Positions 23,169 to 36,325 are shown, numbered from the stretch's first letter. The stretch is DNA of 64,000 nt from Nemertoderma westbladi (GCA_032718475.1 JAUCBJ010000071.1:1-64000), one strand, 5' to 3'. Notes: generated from the letters alone by a model not told the origin. Made by a program: numbers and translations.

Positions 23169-23939
23169 CTGGATTGATGAAGGTAAAAGATTCTGACATT
23201 CTTATATAACAATTGTCTGATTTGTAAGGAGTAAAAAAATATAATATAATAATATAATTTATAATTATAATAATTTATTAATAACAAACTGTGTTTAAAT
23301 GTGTACTTAATTAAGTTAATTTCATTGCAATCAATACTCAATGTAATTATCTACTCTACCGATTGAATGTTCTCCACAACTCTCTCTTATATTTTCGTTT
23401 AAATTCTAATTATATATTCTTTACACTATAAATATATTATTTATTGATCGATGAATATTAAATAAATGTTAAATAAATAAATAACCAAGACAAAATTACC
23501 GCGACAAATCATTTAATCATAATAGTCATCTGTCCATATTAAATAACTAACTAATAAATTGGCAACTAGCTAATATGTCATTTTACTACAATTAATCTCA
23601 CAACAACAAAGGGTTATATAAAACAATAAATTATAACAGTCCCGTATAAATATACATAAATAGCGCAGACACAATATTTTATCATAATTCCAAGGCACTG
23701 AAAATTCCAGTCCATATAGAACAAACGATCTTTGGGTCACATGCAAAAAATTAATTTAGTTTATCATAAACGATTCTTCTATATCTCCTACTACCGAGGT
23801 TTACCTCGTTAAAAATAAACTTATTGATTATATTTGAACGACATTTAGGCATAGAAATTAAATGAAAGATCGTTGATCGAGGAATGATAATTCCGATCAT
23901 ATTACAGAGCCACTACTGGAACTTATTATCTATCATTAT

Positions 23940-24887
23940 TTAGGAACATTGACATCGGAGGACACAACCGTTGTAAATGTTATATTGAGACAGTTTCTTT
24001 ACATCTTCTAAAGGCGTTAGAAAAAACGTTAGACTTTGTTTCGGTACGGGGACCCCTATATTCGATTCCAACTGATCTTTTACGCTCAAAACCGTATCAT
24101 TAGGATCTGTTTGCAGTGCTATAGTTGACTTCTTTGAATCCCATTTAATTTTAATTACAATAATCATACTTTCCTTTGTTTTCAACCCCAAATAAACAGT
24201 GGAACCGTCCACAATACCGCATTGCGTTACCGAATATTCATCTTCCAAAACCTTCCCTTTGAACATGAGTTCCTGGTGGTCTGCTGGTATCCAAAGTTTA
24301 AACTCAAGGGTGAGCTTCAAGGATCCTACCGTTACTGGTCTACAGTACTCGTCATTAAATGGAACCTGAACGACACAGCCTGAGAGGGTCTGCACATTTA
24401 CATGAGTTGAATCTCCTCCCCGCAGACGCAATGCTAAAGTAAGTTCGCGTTTGTCATCAGCCACTTCGGGCCATTCCGATATTTTGAAATCATCCGGCAA
24501 CTGTTTGTTAAGGATGAGTCTTTGCTCGCTCGGGGTTATTCCCTCCCTGGATTGGATCATTGCCTTCACTATAGCCACGGTGTCATCAGGTTCCGCATAG
24601 AATCTCATGGTCTTCCCGGTGAGAGTTTTAATTTGGATTTCAATGTTGCCACCAGTACGATGCAACACCAAGTGTACGTCTCCGTAGTTGATATTATAGT
24701 CGGACAGCGTCCTGTCGTCCTGTAGTTGATGTCCGCTGAATATGAACCGTTGTTGTTCGCTAGCAGACGGCACATCTTTCTTTATTTTCTCATTAATAAG
24801 CTTTTTAACATTTTTAACCGTATCTGATAGGTTGACTTCCAAAGCTACACACTTCCCAGAGATAGTACGGACAAATATCAGAGTCAT
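23940..24887 (-). CDS. Polyubiquitin-like protein with four divergent UBL domains, intronless
   Basis: IFVRTISGK..QQRFIFSGHQLQDDRTLSDYNI..LHRTGG; IKTLTGK..EQRLI..LRLRGG; two further UBL repeats. Confidence 0.88.
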   Translation of the reverse strand: MTLIFVRTISGKCVALEVNLSDTVKNVKKLINEKIKKDVPSASEQQRFIFSGHQLQDDRTLSDYNINYGDVHLVLHRTGGNIEIQIKTLTGKTMRFYAEPDDTVAIVKAMIQSREGITPSEQRLILNKQLPDDFKISEWPEVADDKRELTLALRLRGGDSTHVNVQTLSGCVVQVPFNDEYCRPVTVGSLKLTLEFKLWIPADHQELMFKGKVLEDEYSVTQCGIVDGSTVYLGLKTKESMIIVIKIKWDSKKSTIALQTDPNDTVLSVKDQLESNIGVPVPKQSLTFFLTPLEDVKKLSQYNIYNGCVLRCQCS

Positions 24888-25160
24888 ATTGAATACTAAT
24901 TATCTGAAATTAGTAATTTATTACAGTACTAATGATACTATTACAGTTAATATAATTCATCGTAACATTCACACTAAAAATAAAGTGATATACAGACATT
25001 TATTTAAAGTACTGGTACGTAGGTGGTACAGAACATTGAAATAAATAAATATAATACTTAAGGAAAACATCAATTATGAATAATGTAATATTTATAGACA
25101 ATTATTAGTTATATTCCAACAGTCGGTATCCCCTAACGGTGTCACTGCATCCCCCTAGCG

Positions 25161-25928
25161 TTACCTACAGGAATCCCCTGTCACGTATTGTTTAAATGTT
25201 AACCAAATTAAATGGTACGGGATTATTATGTGATATAAACGCAGCGACCAGCTGTGGGTCACCATAAAGTCCCGACTGCGAGCCGCGTGACGGAAACTCG
25301 TGGCCTGTTGTTTGGAACAGGAGTGGCAATGGGGAAGGAACTCGCGTCGTGCAGCCGTGGCCACGTACAGCGGTGGCTGATGATCTGCTACGAACGGTTT
25401 CCAACCGAGTATCTGTCTGCTCCCGCATGTGTGGCACCCTAATACGCGACCCCGCCGCTGGATGGCTCTACGGCGGGCGGTGCTGGCGTAGCCGACCCCC
25501 GCGGCTATCGTTCGGTCGCATAGCAACCAGTGACGAGGTTTGGCGAACACTCCGGGGTGGAGTAGAGAACTGGGAACCAAGGAAGTAAAACGACCTCCCA
25601 ACACACGGAATGTAACTAAACTTAACGAAACACAACACCCCCATTCCGTAAATGTCAAGCCGGTTGGTTCATCTGTTAAATCTTTAGTCGTATCTCGGAA
25701 TTTATCGAATGTATATAAAGACAACGCACCACTGGTTAGGTAGGCGGATAAAAATGTTACTGCTCCGCAACACGGAGCTATGTAAGTTAGGTTGTTCGAT
25801 ATTCCAAATGTCCGGAGTATTGTCCGCTGCATGATCCCAAGAACGAGAGGGAAGTTAATGCTGTTAACGACAACAGCGTAAATTAAATTATTATAATCGG
25901 CCGTTAATGGTACCGGAACAGGAGCCAT
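25161..25928 (-). CDS. Uncharacterised protein: hydrophobic N-terminal helices and an HNH-like Zn motif
   Basis: 255 aa; GCHTCG...ADHQPP...CHSCSKQQ; three hydrophobic segments. Confidence 0.7.
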   Translation of the reverse strand: MAPVPVPLTADYNNLIYAVVVNSINFPLVLGIMQRTILRTFGISNNLTYIAPCCGAVTFLSAYLTSGALSLYTFDKFRDTTKDLTDEPTGLTFTEWGCCVSLSLVTFRVLGGRFTSLVPSSLLHPGVFAKPRHWLLCDRTIAAGVGYASTARRRAIQRRGRVLGCHTCGSRQILGWKPFVADHQPPLYVATAARREFLPHCHSCSKQQATSFRHAARSRDFMVTHSWSLRLYHIIIPYHLIWLTFKQYVTGDSCR

Positions 25929-26527
25929 AATGGTACCGGTACGATGAATCCACCGCGAGTCTGTACTTTCTGAAATTATCTTTGTATTGGAAGCCTACAG
26001 GCTGTGCGTACAATGCCTCATAATATTAGAGCACCCTCTGTGTAGCAGAAAATTTCCACCCGACCAAAAATTAACCTTCAATTCACCACCGCAATAATTC
26101 TGTCCTTGTAAATTAACATTCATTACCGGTACTTTATTTGTAAATAATTGATGAAAAATTGGTAACTCTGCATACAGTACAATTCATAAAACGCAATTAG
26201 AAGACCGTTAGGGTTAGGGCTTATTGCTGTCAAAAAACGTATATTTATTTGTTTGTATGCCTGTCTGTCTGTATGTGCACATTGATATAGCTTGGAAGCT
26301 TTTATGGCAATGAGATAGGTACCGAGCCGTAGCATATGCACTGTCTGTACGTCTGTCTGTATTTGAACACTGTAATATTTATTTTTATATATATATCTGT
26401 ATTATGGTAAATGGTATCAGACAAAAGCAATAATGGCAACGAATTCTTCTACGAAGAAACTGAAAGCAGGCGGAGGAAGAAACAGTCTTCCAGGATCAGG
26501 GAAGATTGACTTATCGAAGTTATTTAA

Positions 26528-27517
26528 TTGCGATGGTTGCTCTGCTCTATTTACCGAAAAATCCGCATTTTCACTAGCCACACTGCCACATGTGGTACCG
26601 GTAGTGACACCAGCAGCCAGCACATTGATGAAGATCCCATTAAGAATATCTGCCCACATTGCAGCAAAGTTGTGTCAGGTAAAAACTGCTTGGGTTGCGA
26701 CATATGTCATTCCTGGGTGCATAGCGCCTGTCTCATCGGATTATCAAACTCTGATGTAAATGTACTAGGCAAATGTAAAAATTGCAAAATTGTATGCAAT
26801 GTCTGTGAATCGGGTGGAAGCCTAACAATTGTGAAAGAGAATGAAACTGCGGTACAACCTACCGGTTTATCTGCAAGTGATTTTATCAAATTCACCAATA
26901 AAATGGAAGAAAGTATTGCAGCGCAATTTGGTCTCCTTAATGAAGAGATCGATAGCCTCCGCAATGATTCTAACCCAGCTGACAACTTCCAGAAAGTTGT
27001 TTCTGGAAAACGAAATCGTAAGCTAAATCAAATTGATTCCAAATATCCAAAATCGACTTCCGGTACGATCCCAATTGAAGATGTTGACAGAGAGGTTTCT
27101 GAGCAAAGAAAACGAGAACGAAATATTGTTGTCTCTGGTTTAGCGCCTCCTAGTAACGCTGTGAATGATGTTACCTTCTTGAATGATTTTCTTTATAAGG
27201 AATTCAAACAAGAGAATGCTGTCGAATCAGTCTGCTATCGTCGTCAAGCTAGTGATACCAAACAACCGATGTTTATAATCCGCCTGTCATCAATTGCATG
27301 TAGGTCTTCCATATTAAAGAATAAACGGAAACTACGCGACTCAAACTCCACACACGGTATATATGTCTCCCCAGATCTGACCAAACTGCAGGCAACACAA
27401 GCATATGTTAAACGACAAGAAGCCCGTAATGCCCGGTCTTCAATAAGTAACCCCAGTCTTCTGCAAAATGGTACACCAATAATTGAAGCTTCCATTAACT
27501 TGCCCTCACAATCCTGA
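26528..27517 (+). CDS. LINE ORF1 with a PHD finger and an RRM-like C-terminus
   Basis: CPHC..CLGCDICHSWVHSAC..CNVC; RERNIVVSGL; IYVSPDLT. Start codon uncertain. Confidence 0.8.
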   Translation: MRWLLCSIYRKIRIFTSHTATCGTGSDTSSQHIDEDPIKNICPHCSKVVSGKNCLGCDICHSWVHSACLIGLSNSDVNVLGKCKNCKIVCNVCESGGSLTIVKENETAVQPTGLSASDFIKFTNKMEESIAAQFGLLNEEIDSLRNDSNPADNFQKVVSGKRNRKLNQIDSKYPKSTSGTIPIEDVDREVSEQRKRERNIVVSGLAPPSNAVNDVTFLNDFLYKEFKQENAVESVCYRRQASDTKQPMFIIRLSSIACRSSILKNKRKLRDSNSTHGIYVSPDLTKLQATQAYVKRQEARNARSSISNPSLLQNGTPIIEASINLPSQS

Positions 27518-27523
27518 AAACAC

Positions 27524-30500
27524 GTGCACTCAGCCACTGCATCTCTAAATTATATTAAGGCTAGTCCTACACATTCCCAATATAATGTTACTGCTGATGA
27601 TGATGATGTAACTAACAATAAGACTGTAACCCCAACCCTTATTTGCATGAATTGCCGATCAATCCGGAACAAACTTTCAGCTCTGCAATTCCTACTAACC
27701 ATTCATATGGGAAACCCGCTCATAATCTGTCTTACGGAAACACATCTTATTAATGATGAATCGGACGATATATTCTCCTGCCCTGAACTGAAAGACTTTA
27801 GTATATTTAGACGAGACCGCCCGGGGACAACTAGCTCCAATCGTGGTGGTGGTGTTGCAATGTTAATATCGCAAGTACTTCAACCAATCAAGGTAGATTC
27901 TCCTTCAGTAGGTGAGTCTTTATGGGTCGATTTATATGCATATAAAACGCCAATGCGGTTGGGCACAGTATACATTCCTGATGTAACTGCTGATAACATT
28001 AACTGTATAACCTCTGACTTTGAACTGTTCTGCCCGATAGAACTTACGCGACCTGTTATCATAACTGGAGACTTTAATCTCCGCCATATCGACTGGTCCA
28101 TCCCAGCCCCATCTAATCAATGCCCATACCCAACTGTGGCCCAGCGATTTATTGATTCGATCTCTGACAGGTACCTAACACAACTGGTTCTAGAACCTAC
28201 TCACACAGAGGGTGGTATCTTAGATCTTGTTTTCGCGACTGATCCGATGCTGATAGGTGATACAGCTGTTGGCAACCGCTTTGGTATTGGGGATAAACTC
28301 AGTGACCATTTTGTTATAACTTGTTCGGGGCTTCCCCCTATAAATAATGGAAACCTATCAATGGGGGGAGGTTGAGACTGATCTATTATCGAATGACCGA
28401 GAGAAAATTTAGTTGCCAATATTTCAGCCACTATATTATAGATTGCAAAACAAACAATAATATAAATACAGGCCTTCATCAGGGCATACGGAGAGGCACG
28501 TAAGTTCATCAATAATGGAAACCTCCCCTCCAACCGGACTAGAGATTGGTCCAGAGCCAATTGGAATGAGATATGTGGTACTGCTTCGATGATTGATTGG
28601 TCTGACGTTGTCAACCCAAATTTGTCACCTCAAACAAACATTGAATCATTTGAGTTTATTCTACACTCTATTGTTTCAGACTGTGTACCCCTATCCACAC
28701 CCAACTCACGAAAGGAAATCCCTGCGATAAAGAAGCTGCTACGCTCTATTTCCCGTATTAGACAAAAACTGAAACTCTCTTCCCAACCATGGCGCACTAA
28801 AGATCTCCAAGATAAGTTATTGGTACTGAACAACAAATTGGAAGCAACATATCTTCAATCCCGAGCTGATAACGAAAACAGAATTTTGAGACACAAAAAT
28901 TCTAAGAAATTCTGGAGATACACCAAATCGAACCTCCATCGGAATAGTAATGTTTCCTCTTTGAAGGATCCTGCTGGTGTTACAGTTACAGGCGACAATG
29001 AACGCGCCAACTTATTAAACACGACCTTTCAGGCGGCCTTCACACAGGACAATGGATTAAATCCGCCACAACCCACCAAGCACCCTCCAGCTCAGAATCT
29101 ATCAAACATACAGTTTGACAAAGTTGAAGTGTATAAAATTCTCAGTAAGCTCAAAGTTAACAAAGCTGCTGGCCCTGACAGAATTACGGCTGTACTGCTC
29201 AAGAGTATTTCTGTTTGGGTTGCTGAACCAATCAGCTGCCTCTTTCAACAATGTTTCGATTCTGGTTTTGTCCCTGCATCCTGGCGGTTGGCCCACATAA
29301 TTCCAATCTTCAAGAATAAAGGCCCACGCACTGATCCGTCAAACTATCGACCTATTTCTCTAACAAGTCTACTGGTGAAAACAATGGAAACAATAATACG
29401 AAACCGTATGATTGCATACTTAGTCCGTATAAAGGTAATCAGTCCCCACCAACACGGTTTCCTCAAATCAAAATCAACTTTTACTCAACTACTTGAATGC
29501 AGCCTCGATTGGGCTACATTTCGTAACTCGAGTGTTGGTGTGGACATAATCTACACAGACTTCCAACGTGCATCCGATAAAGTTTCACACACAAAGTTTA
29601 TATCAAAACTTCAATCATATGGTATACATGGCCAGCTGTTGGTCTGGCTCTCTGCCTTCCTCGCTGATCGCTGGCAACAAACAGTAATCAATGGGTCTCT
29701 ATCCTCCCCCGTTCGTGTTACCAGTGGTGTTCCACAAGGGCGCGTTATTGCACCATTATTATTTATTGTCTATATAAATGACATCGTTGAGTCAATCTAC
29801 CAACACCTTTATCAAGATGTATGCAGATGACACTAAATTGTATCGTCCAATATATTCCCCAACAGACTCATTAGCACTTCAACAAGATATAGACTCCTTG
29901 GTTTCATGGACCTCACAGTGGCAAATGAATTTTAACATTAAAAAATGCAGTGTTGTTCAACTACAAGCCCCACAGGTACATACAATACGGAGCTACTATA
30001 TGGGTGATACAGAACTAGCCAATTCGAAAGAAGCCAGAGACCTTGGAATAATTATTTCCCCTGACCTTCGTTTCAGTGAACATGTTGCTCAAATTACAGC
30101 CAAAGCAAGAAACACCTGCTGTCAGATCCATAGAGCGTTCGGTCACCGTGATGCCACATTCCAATGGGGGTTATACTGTACTTACGCCAGACCTATAATT
30201 GAACACAATAGTTCGATATGGTGCCCTAGTCTCGTTAAAGATATAGACATTCTAGAATGTTCTCAGCGATCTTTCATCCGTTACCTTCCTGGTATGTTTG
30301 GTCTCAGCTATGCCGACAGATTAGCAAGGTTCGATGCTAAGCCCCTGGAATATCGCAGAATATTCAATGACTTAGTCGAAATGTTCAAACTAATAAACGG
30401 TCTGAGTCCCCTCAGTGCTAATAATATTTTTCGGCTTGTTACGCGATCAACCAGAGGAAATGGGTGTAAGATATTCCTTCCACGATCAACAAATTGTATA

Positions 30501-30683
30501 TTTCAAAATCATTTCGTAGTTCGGCGTATATCCGTCTGGAACAGTCTCCCATCCAATGTAGTTCTATGCACAACTGTGTCATCATTTAAATCCCGCCTCG
30601 ATAATGTGGATCTTCTACCTTACTGCAAGGGCTCTTGGAAGAACACAATGGACACTGTTTATATCCCCACACCCCGTAATTAA
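27524..30683 (+). pseudogene. LINE ORF2 (APE endonuclease + RT), disrupted
   Basis: NCRSIRNK, LTET, GDFN, LDLVF, SDH; NYRPISLTS, QHGF, SGVPQG, YADD; insertion at 28357 and a frameshift near 29800. Confidence 0.92.
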
Positions 30684-33619
30684 CAGTTCAATATCCTATA
30701 ATAATTTATTGTTAAAGTTATATTTTAAAATTATGTTTTTATCAATATCAATATAATATTTTTACTATAATTATACTGTATATTTATTTTACTTAAATTA
30801 CTCTGTGGTGCCTCATGCACGGCTGAGTGCATTTTATTGCCCTATGTACCGGTAATATTTCTTGTATGTGAAAATTTTAACTGATGTGTCATTAAATCAA
30901 ATCAATTCAATTCAATTCAGGGAAAATGCGTTACTTGTTGAGAGGTCAAGAATATGTGTCACAATAACTCTACCAAACTGTCCTTCTTAGGAGCTGACTG
31001 TCTTCTTATAGCCAGTTTGCTGTCTTTATAGTTAGGCCTACTACAGTAGGTCTAACCGGCAGCGTGGGATGCGCGAGCGAGGCCTAGCCTGTGTGCTGGG
31101 TGGAGTGCGGAGGCGCCTATTGTTTGCGCTGCTGCGCTCAAACTCCCTGTGCCTGCGTGGCGGTAGGCGGCCATGGAGGGCGCTCGGGTTTGGGGACGGT
31201 GCTGGTCTGCGGGGGTTTGACCTCCAAGACCGGTACTGAATCCAAGTTTTAGACTTGTGTTTGGTGGAGGGATGGAAAAATATTACTAAATTTAATTTTG
31301 GTGGTGGTGGAAATTAAAATTATTATTATACTACAGTAGGTCTTATATAGTAGTCTTATATATATTATTAATAAACTAATAATTTACGGTTATTTTTTTG
31401 CTTTTTCTTTTACTATAGGACTGGACTATTGTACAGTACTGTACCTATTTTTACATTGCACACGGAGGTGATGAGATTTAACTGCAGATTACAAATAATG
31501 TTGATTGTTTTTCATATCATTAGGCAGAGCGTTCAAATTTTTAATACCGTTAAAAAAATGTATCAATCAGTTTTTAAGGATTTACAATAGTTTGAAGCAC
31601 TACAGTAGCTCTGGTAGGCCTACTGTAAGAATGTGTATCGCGAACTCTGTTACATTTTTGTTGTCTGTAATGGTGAAGGCGTAGCTGCTTAACTCTAGCC
31701 TACTATCTCAGTTAAGGGGACCACCCCCAATGAAAGTGAAATTTGCGAAAATTGACGAAATAATCGAAAAAAATATTTTTCGTATATTTTTGTAGTTTGA
31801 TATATGGGCTATCATGTCGGTCACATCATATCGGTTTTCACCATCGAGTGATTTTTTCACCACAAAACAGCAATTTCATAATTTGACATTTTTGAAAAAA
31901 AAATCTTTATAAAAACAATATTAAATTAATTTCGAACATTTTGGCAATTTTCATCTATTAAATGTGAAAAATTAAAAAAATTAACCCCAAATGGCAGAAT
32001 CCAAGAATGCTCATAATATTTGTGTAAAATAAAAAGACCAACAGTGTTTATGGCTGCTATTCATAAAAAAACAGCATTTTTCTCAGATTGTCGATTTTGA
32101 CATTTTTCATCAATAAAATCCTTACTACTACAGTATTTGATTTTATAAAGATACCAAAATATTCTGTATAGCTTTATGGCTACAATCGTGAGTATTGGTT
32201 TTCTAATAGGCCATTTGGATGTTCTGGATCCGATTTGAGGCTGATAATCGTTGTCTATCTCAAGATATATGAACCCCAAAATATACACCGAACATATACT
32301 AAAACCCCCATGTCATGTACTTTTCAAAAACAATAATTCTTTGTTGAAATTTTCATAAAATATGGTCTATGTAGGTTCATTGTCCCAAACTCTTGGACCG
32401 AGAACTTCAACCCAGGCGAGGTATCCATGATCCTTCTACATGAGATATTTTACAAATAAAAGCCTGGAAATTTATACAATTTAAAAAAAAACAGGCCTGA
32501 GCACAAAAAGTGCCATATTTTTCGAACAAATGGGTTTACATTGATCATTGTGCTAAAATTTCATGTAAGCGGATTAAATTCCCTTACATTATGTACCTAC
32601 CCAAAATGGGACCAGTGGCATTTTACCAGTATAGTTGGCGATACGAGATTACCAATAATAATCTCGCCTCATAACCAACACGGGGGGGGGGGGGGGGGGG
32701 CGACACAGGCCCTAAAGCCACAGTGAGAGGTCAAACCACCTCGGAGAGAGAAGCCAGCTAGTCGAGGCTAGCAGCATGGGGTAACACCTACAGGGAGTGC
32801 CAAAGTGACAATTAGTATATAAGCCAATAGCGGGCTGGGGAGCACGTGGAGAAAGAAAGGAAAACATCCATTGGGTAGCGAAGGCCAAAGTAGAGTAGAG
32901 GTGAAACCAATATGTATGTGTATTAATCATATAGTTACTCTGATTACTGGTTTACCGGTCAGTTCATCAATCACACAGTTAGGGACCGGCAATAGTTTCG
33001 ACCGTCATTTCATATACTGCTGTTATCATTCTGTATTGCAATTTCTACTGTTATCTGTTATACATTCTGTGCTATTATCATTGGAACATTAACAACAAGA
33101 AACACAAACTTTCATTGCCCGTTCCTCGTAGCCCGTCATCTCTTGGCTTTGCCTCCTGAGAATGCCTTCCTTCGTGAGACGAAACCAACCGGATAATGTT
33201 AACGTTCGAGAAAACATTTTTCACACGTGTTTTCTCCAGACAACTCTACTATGTAATTGATATGATAACTACACTAGTATAGGCCTACCTAGATCCACGC
33301 CCCACCCCGCAAATTTGTCTACAAATCTTAATGAGAATGCATAAAAATTTGATGCAAAGATACAGTCCAGTAGTTTCACCTCCCTCCTCCTTGGGGTTAG
33401 CTAAAATTTTGATTATCTTTCAATCTTTAGCTACAAGCGTTTGAAAAGGTGTTAGAGGTCCCATTGCCATTTAAAGGAGCAGGTTACAGATGCGTGTTGG
33501 GGGAACTAAAACAATAAACAAAAGTTAACACGTGTTTTGTACAGGTCTTTAGTCTTTGTTTTGTACTCACCCTTTCATTGGGTGATTGATTGTATTATTA
33601 AATTCAAATATTAACAATA

Positions 33620-33874
33620 TTTTTAACAACGCAGATTAAGATTCAGTGGGTACTGCTGGAGAAGTAAACATGAGCAGGTCATACCAGATCTACTTTTCTG
33701 GCAACCAACTCATGGAAAGCGTAGTCGTGGACGACCGGCCATAACATATATAGATCAACTTGAAAGGGATACTGAACTTGGGAGAAACGAAATTGCGACA
33801 ACTATGGAGAATCGGGAAGCCTGGAAGGATCTCATTTCCACTGTCCGAGTTCGCTCAACCTAGTAGTAGTAGTT
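33620..33874 (+). mobile_element. 3' fragment of an RTE-like LINE
   Basis: Translates as LRFSGYCWRS..LLFWQPTHGKRSRGRPAITYIDQL..NREAWKDLISTVRVRST*, followed by an (AGT)n tail. Confidence 0.8.
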
Positions 33875-34545
33875 GGAGAATCGGGAAGCCTGGAAGGATC
33901 TCATTTCCACTGTCCGAGTTCGCTCGACCTAGTAGTAGTAGTTGGAGAATCAGGAAGCCTGGAAGGATCTCATTTCCACTGTCCGAGTTCGCTCGACCTA
34001 GCAGTAGTAGTTGGAGAATCGGGAAGCCTGGAAGGATCTCATTTCCACTGTCCGAGTTCGCTCGACCTAGTAGTAGTAGTTAGAGAATCGGGAAGCCTGG
34101 AAGGATCTCATTTCCACTGTCCGAGTTCGCTCGACCTAGTAGTAGTAGTTGGAGAATCGGGAAGCCTGGAAGGATCTCATTTCCACTGTCCGAGTTCGCT
34201 CGACCTAGTAGTAGTTGGAGAATCGGGAAGCCTGGAAGGATCTCATTTCCACTGTCCGAGTTCGCTCGACCTAGTAGTAGTAGTTGGAGAATCGGGAAGC
34301 CTGGAAGGTTCTCATTTCTACTGTCCGAGTTCGCTCAACCTAGTAGTAGTAGTTGGAGAATCGGGAAGCCTGGAAGGATCTCATTTCCACTGTGCGAGTT
34401 CGCTCGACCTAGTAGTAGTAGTTGGAGAATCGGGAAGCCTGGAAGGATCTCATTTCTACTGTCCGAGTTCGCTCAACCTAGTAGTAGTTGGAGAATCGGG
34501 AAGCCTGAAGGATCTCATTTCTACTGTCCGAGCTCACACGACCTA
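33806..34545 (+). repeat. Tandem array of about 11 x 66-69 bp made of the LINE 3' end plus its tail
   Basis: Unit GGAGAATCGGGAAGCCTGGAAGGATCTCATTTCCACTGTCCGAGTTCGCTCGACCT(AGT)nT. Confidence 0.95.
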
Positions 34546-35874
34546 AATTATATTCTTATTACTCTTTAAGAATGTTATTCTTATATTTCTAAACTATCCA
34601 TACATCTTAGATACTGATTTTGTACAATTATGTACCGGTAGCATTGGCTTGTCAAATTGCATTCAAGATAAAAATCAAAAGATTAAAGGCCCCAAGATAA
34701 AAAGTAAAATTAATATTTATTATAATCAGAGGATTTTAGGATAAATTGATGTTTAAAGGTATACAAATGTATACGATAGGCAGGGATAAGCATTTTAGAG
34801 CAAGGCAAAGCTGCCAGTTCTGGAAAAACTATGTGTATCGCAATCCCCTTATATATTTCTGTTTTTCCAAGTTTTTCCAGATTGTTTATTAAAAAGGGTT
34901 GATTTTCGATATAATAAGAACATTGAGCGAAACAATATAATTTCTAAAATAACGTTAAATTGCCCCTTTTACAAAATAACTAATTATTACCAACAGCTGC
35001 GGTACATAGCATGCTAAAGTATCACCAACTGAAATACTACAATTCCTACATTAATAGTTGTTTATTTTTAAATTCAATTAATTACGTAATTAATATTTAT
35101 AGTCAAATATAAATGAAAACCTGAAAATATCGTAAAGGAACAGCAACAGTGAAAGCAAATCTAATACTGTCGAAAGATTTATATCGAAACAACTTATTAA
35201 GACAGGAATTAATTTAATATTTTGTGAATTAATTTTCTATGCGCAGCTGATATAGTAATAGTTTGGAGTCTATTCTGGAAATATTACCCTCCATTAAATA
35301 AATGCATTTATATTGGTAATCAATACATCGATAAGGTAATATATATTGGCAACTATTTTTAGGCGTCGTAGGAAACGACTCAAACAGCTGATTGCCCCAT
35401 AGGTAGCAATATAACCTGTTATTGGCAATTATTTGCCGTTGCCATGGAGATTAACTACACAGTAGTTATCGTATATTTATTGGAGTTATGCAAATGAAGG
35501 ATAATATCAGACCAGTTTAACTGTAATTAATCACTACTTATTGAATAACGCAAAATTAATTTCTGTCAGCGGCCTATTTATTTATTTTCTATCGATACAA
35601 TTTTACGTAAAAAACGATAAAATCAGGTTTCCAAAAGAGACGGAAATAATAAGAAAAAATAAATTCCAAAATTATTACCAAATACCAAATTTAATAATAA
35701 AATTAAATTTAATACCAAATTAAATTAGACTGCGGTTTTGAGCTGATAAAACCCTTTAATGCAGATGGTAAATAAAATTTACAAGAATAAAATAAACCAA
35801 AAAACAAAACTGACTAATTCGAAAAGTCAAAACCGCATTCTAATTGAAGACGTTATTATTGTTTAATGATTCGC

Positions 35875-36025
35875 GCACAATATTTATATATAGACCTACC
35901 GGTATATGTTGGGCACAATATTTATATATAGACCTACCGGTATATGTTGGGCACAATATATATATATAGACCTACCGGTATATGTTGGGCACAATATATA
36001 TATATAGACCTACCGGTATATGTTG
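35875..36025. repeat. 38-bp minisatellite, 4 copies
   Basis: GCACAATATwTATATATAGACCTACCGGTATATGTTGG repeated. Confidence 0.9.
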
Positions 36026-36325
36026 CGAACATTTAAAAAAGTACGGTTTGTAAAATTAAAGTTATTGTATTATATATATAATATATATATATATCTGTAG
36101 TAAATTCCACAGGTAAACCTATTGGTCATATATATTATTATATATTACTTGCACAATAATAACCGATGTAGAGGTGATAATCAAGGATTTACTGGATAAC
36201 AAAGTAAACCCAATCCAGTCTTCGGTACGTCAGCTAATCAACCTGAGGTGAAAATAAAGTAACGTGGAATTTTCACCAGAATGTTGAGTTTCTTCTAAGA
36301 TCCTCGTTCGAGTCATTTTTTTTTA

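Larger units (their letters stand above)
26230..30919 (+). mobile_element. CR1/L2-group LINE, near full length (5' end approximate)
   Basis: PHD-containing ORF1, APE-RT ORF2, (ATTCA)n-type tail at about 30895-30919. Confidence 0.88.

Noticed and set aside
26208-26219. Telomeric TTAGGG repeat
   Set aside because: Only two copies.
31712-32630. TTAA-GGGG start of a Kolobok/piggyBac-like MITE
   Set aside because: No matching right terminal repeat found by eye.
32681-32700. Poly-G tract as a G-quadruplex element
   Set aside because: Simple homopolymer with no supporting context.
33760-34545. CRISPR array or repeat-protein ORF
   Set aside because: Head-to-tail copies of a LINE 3' end with no spacers.
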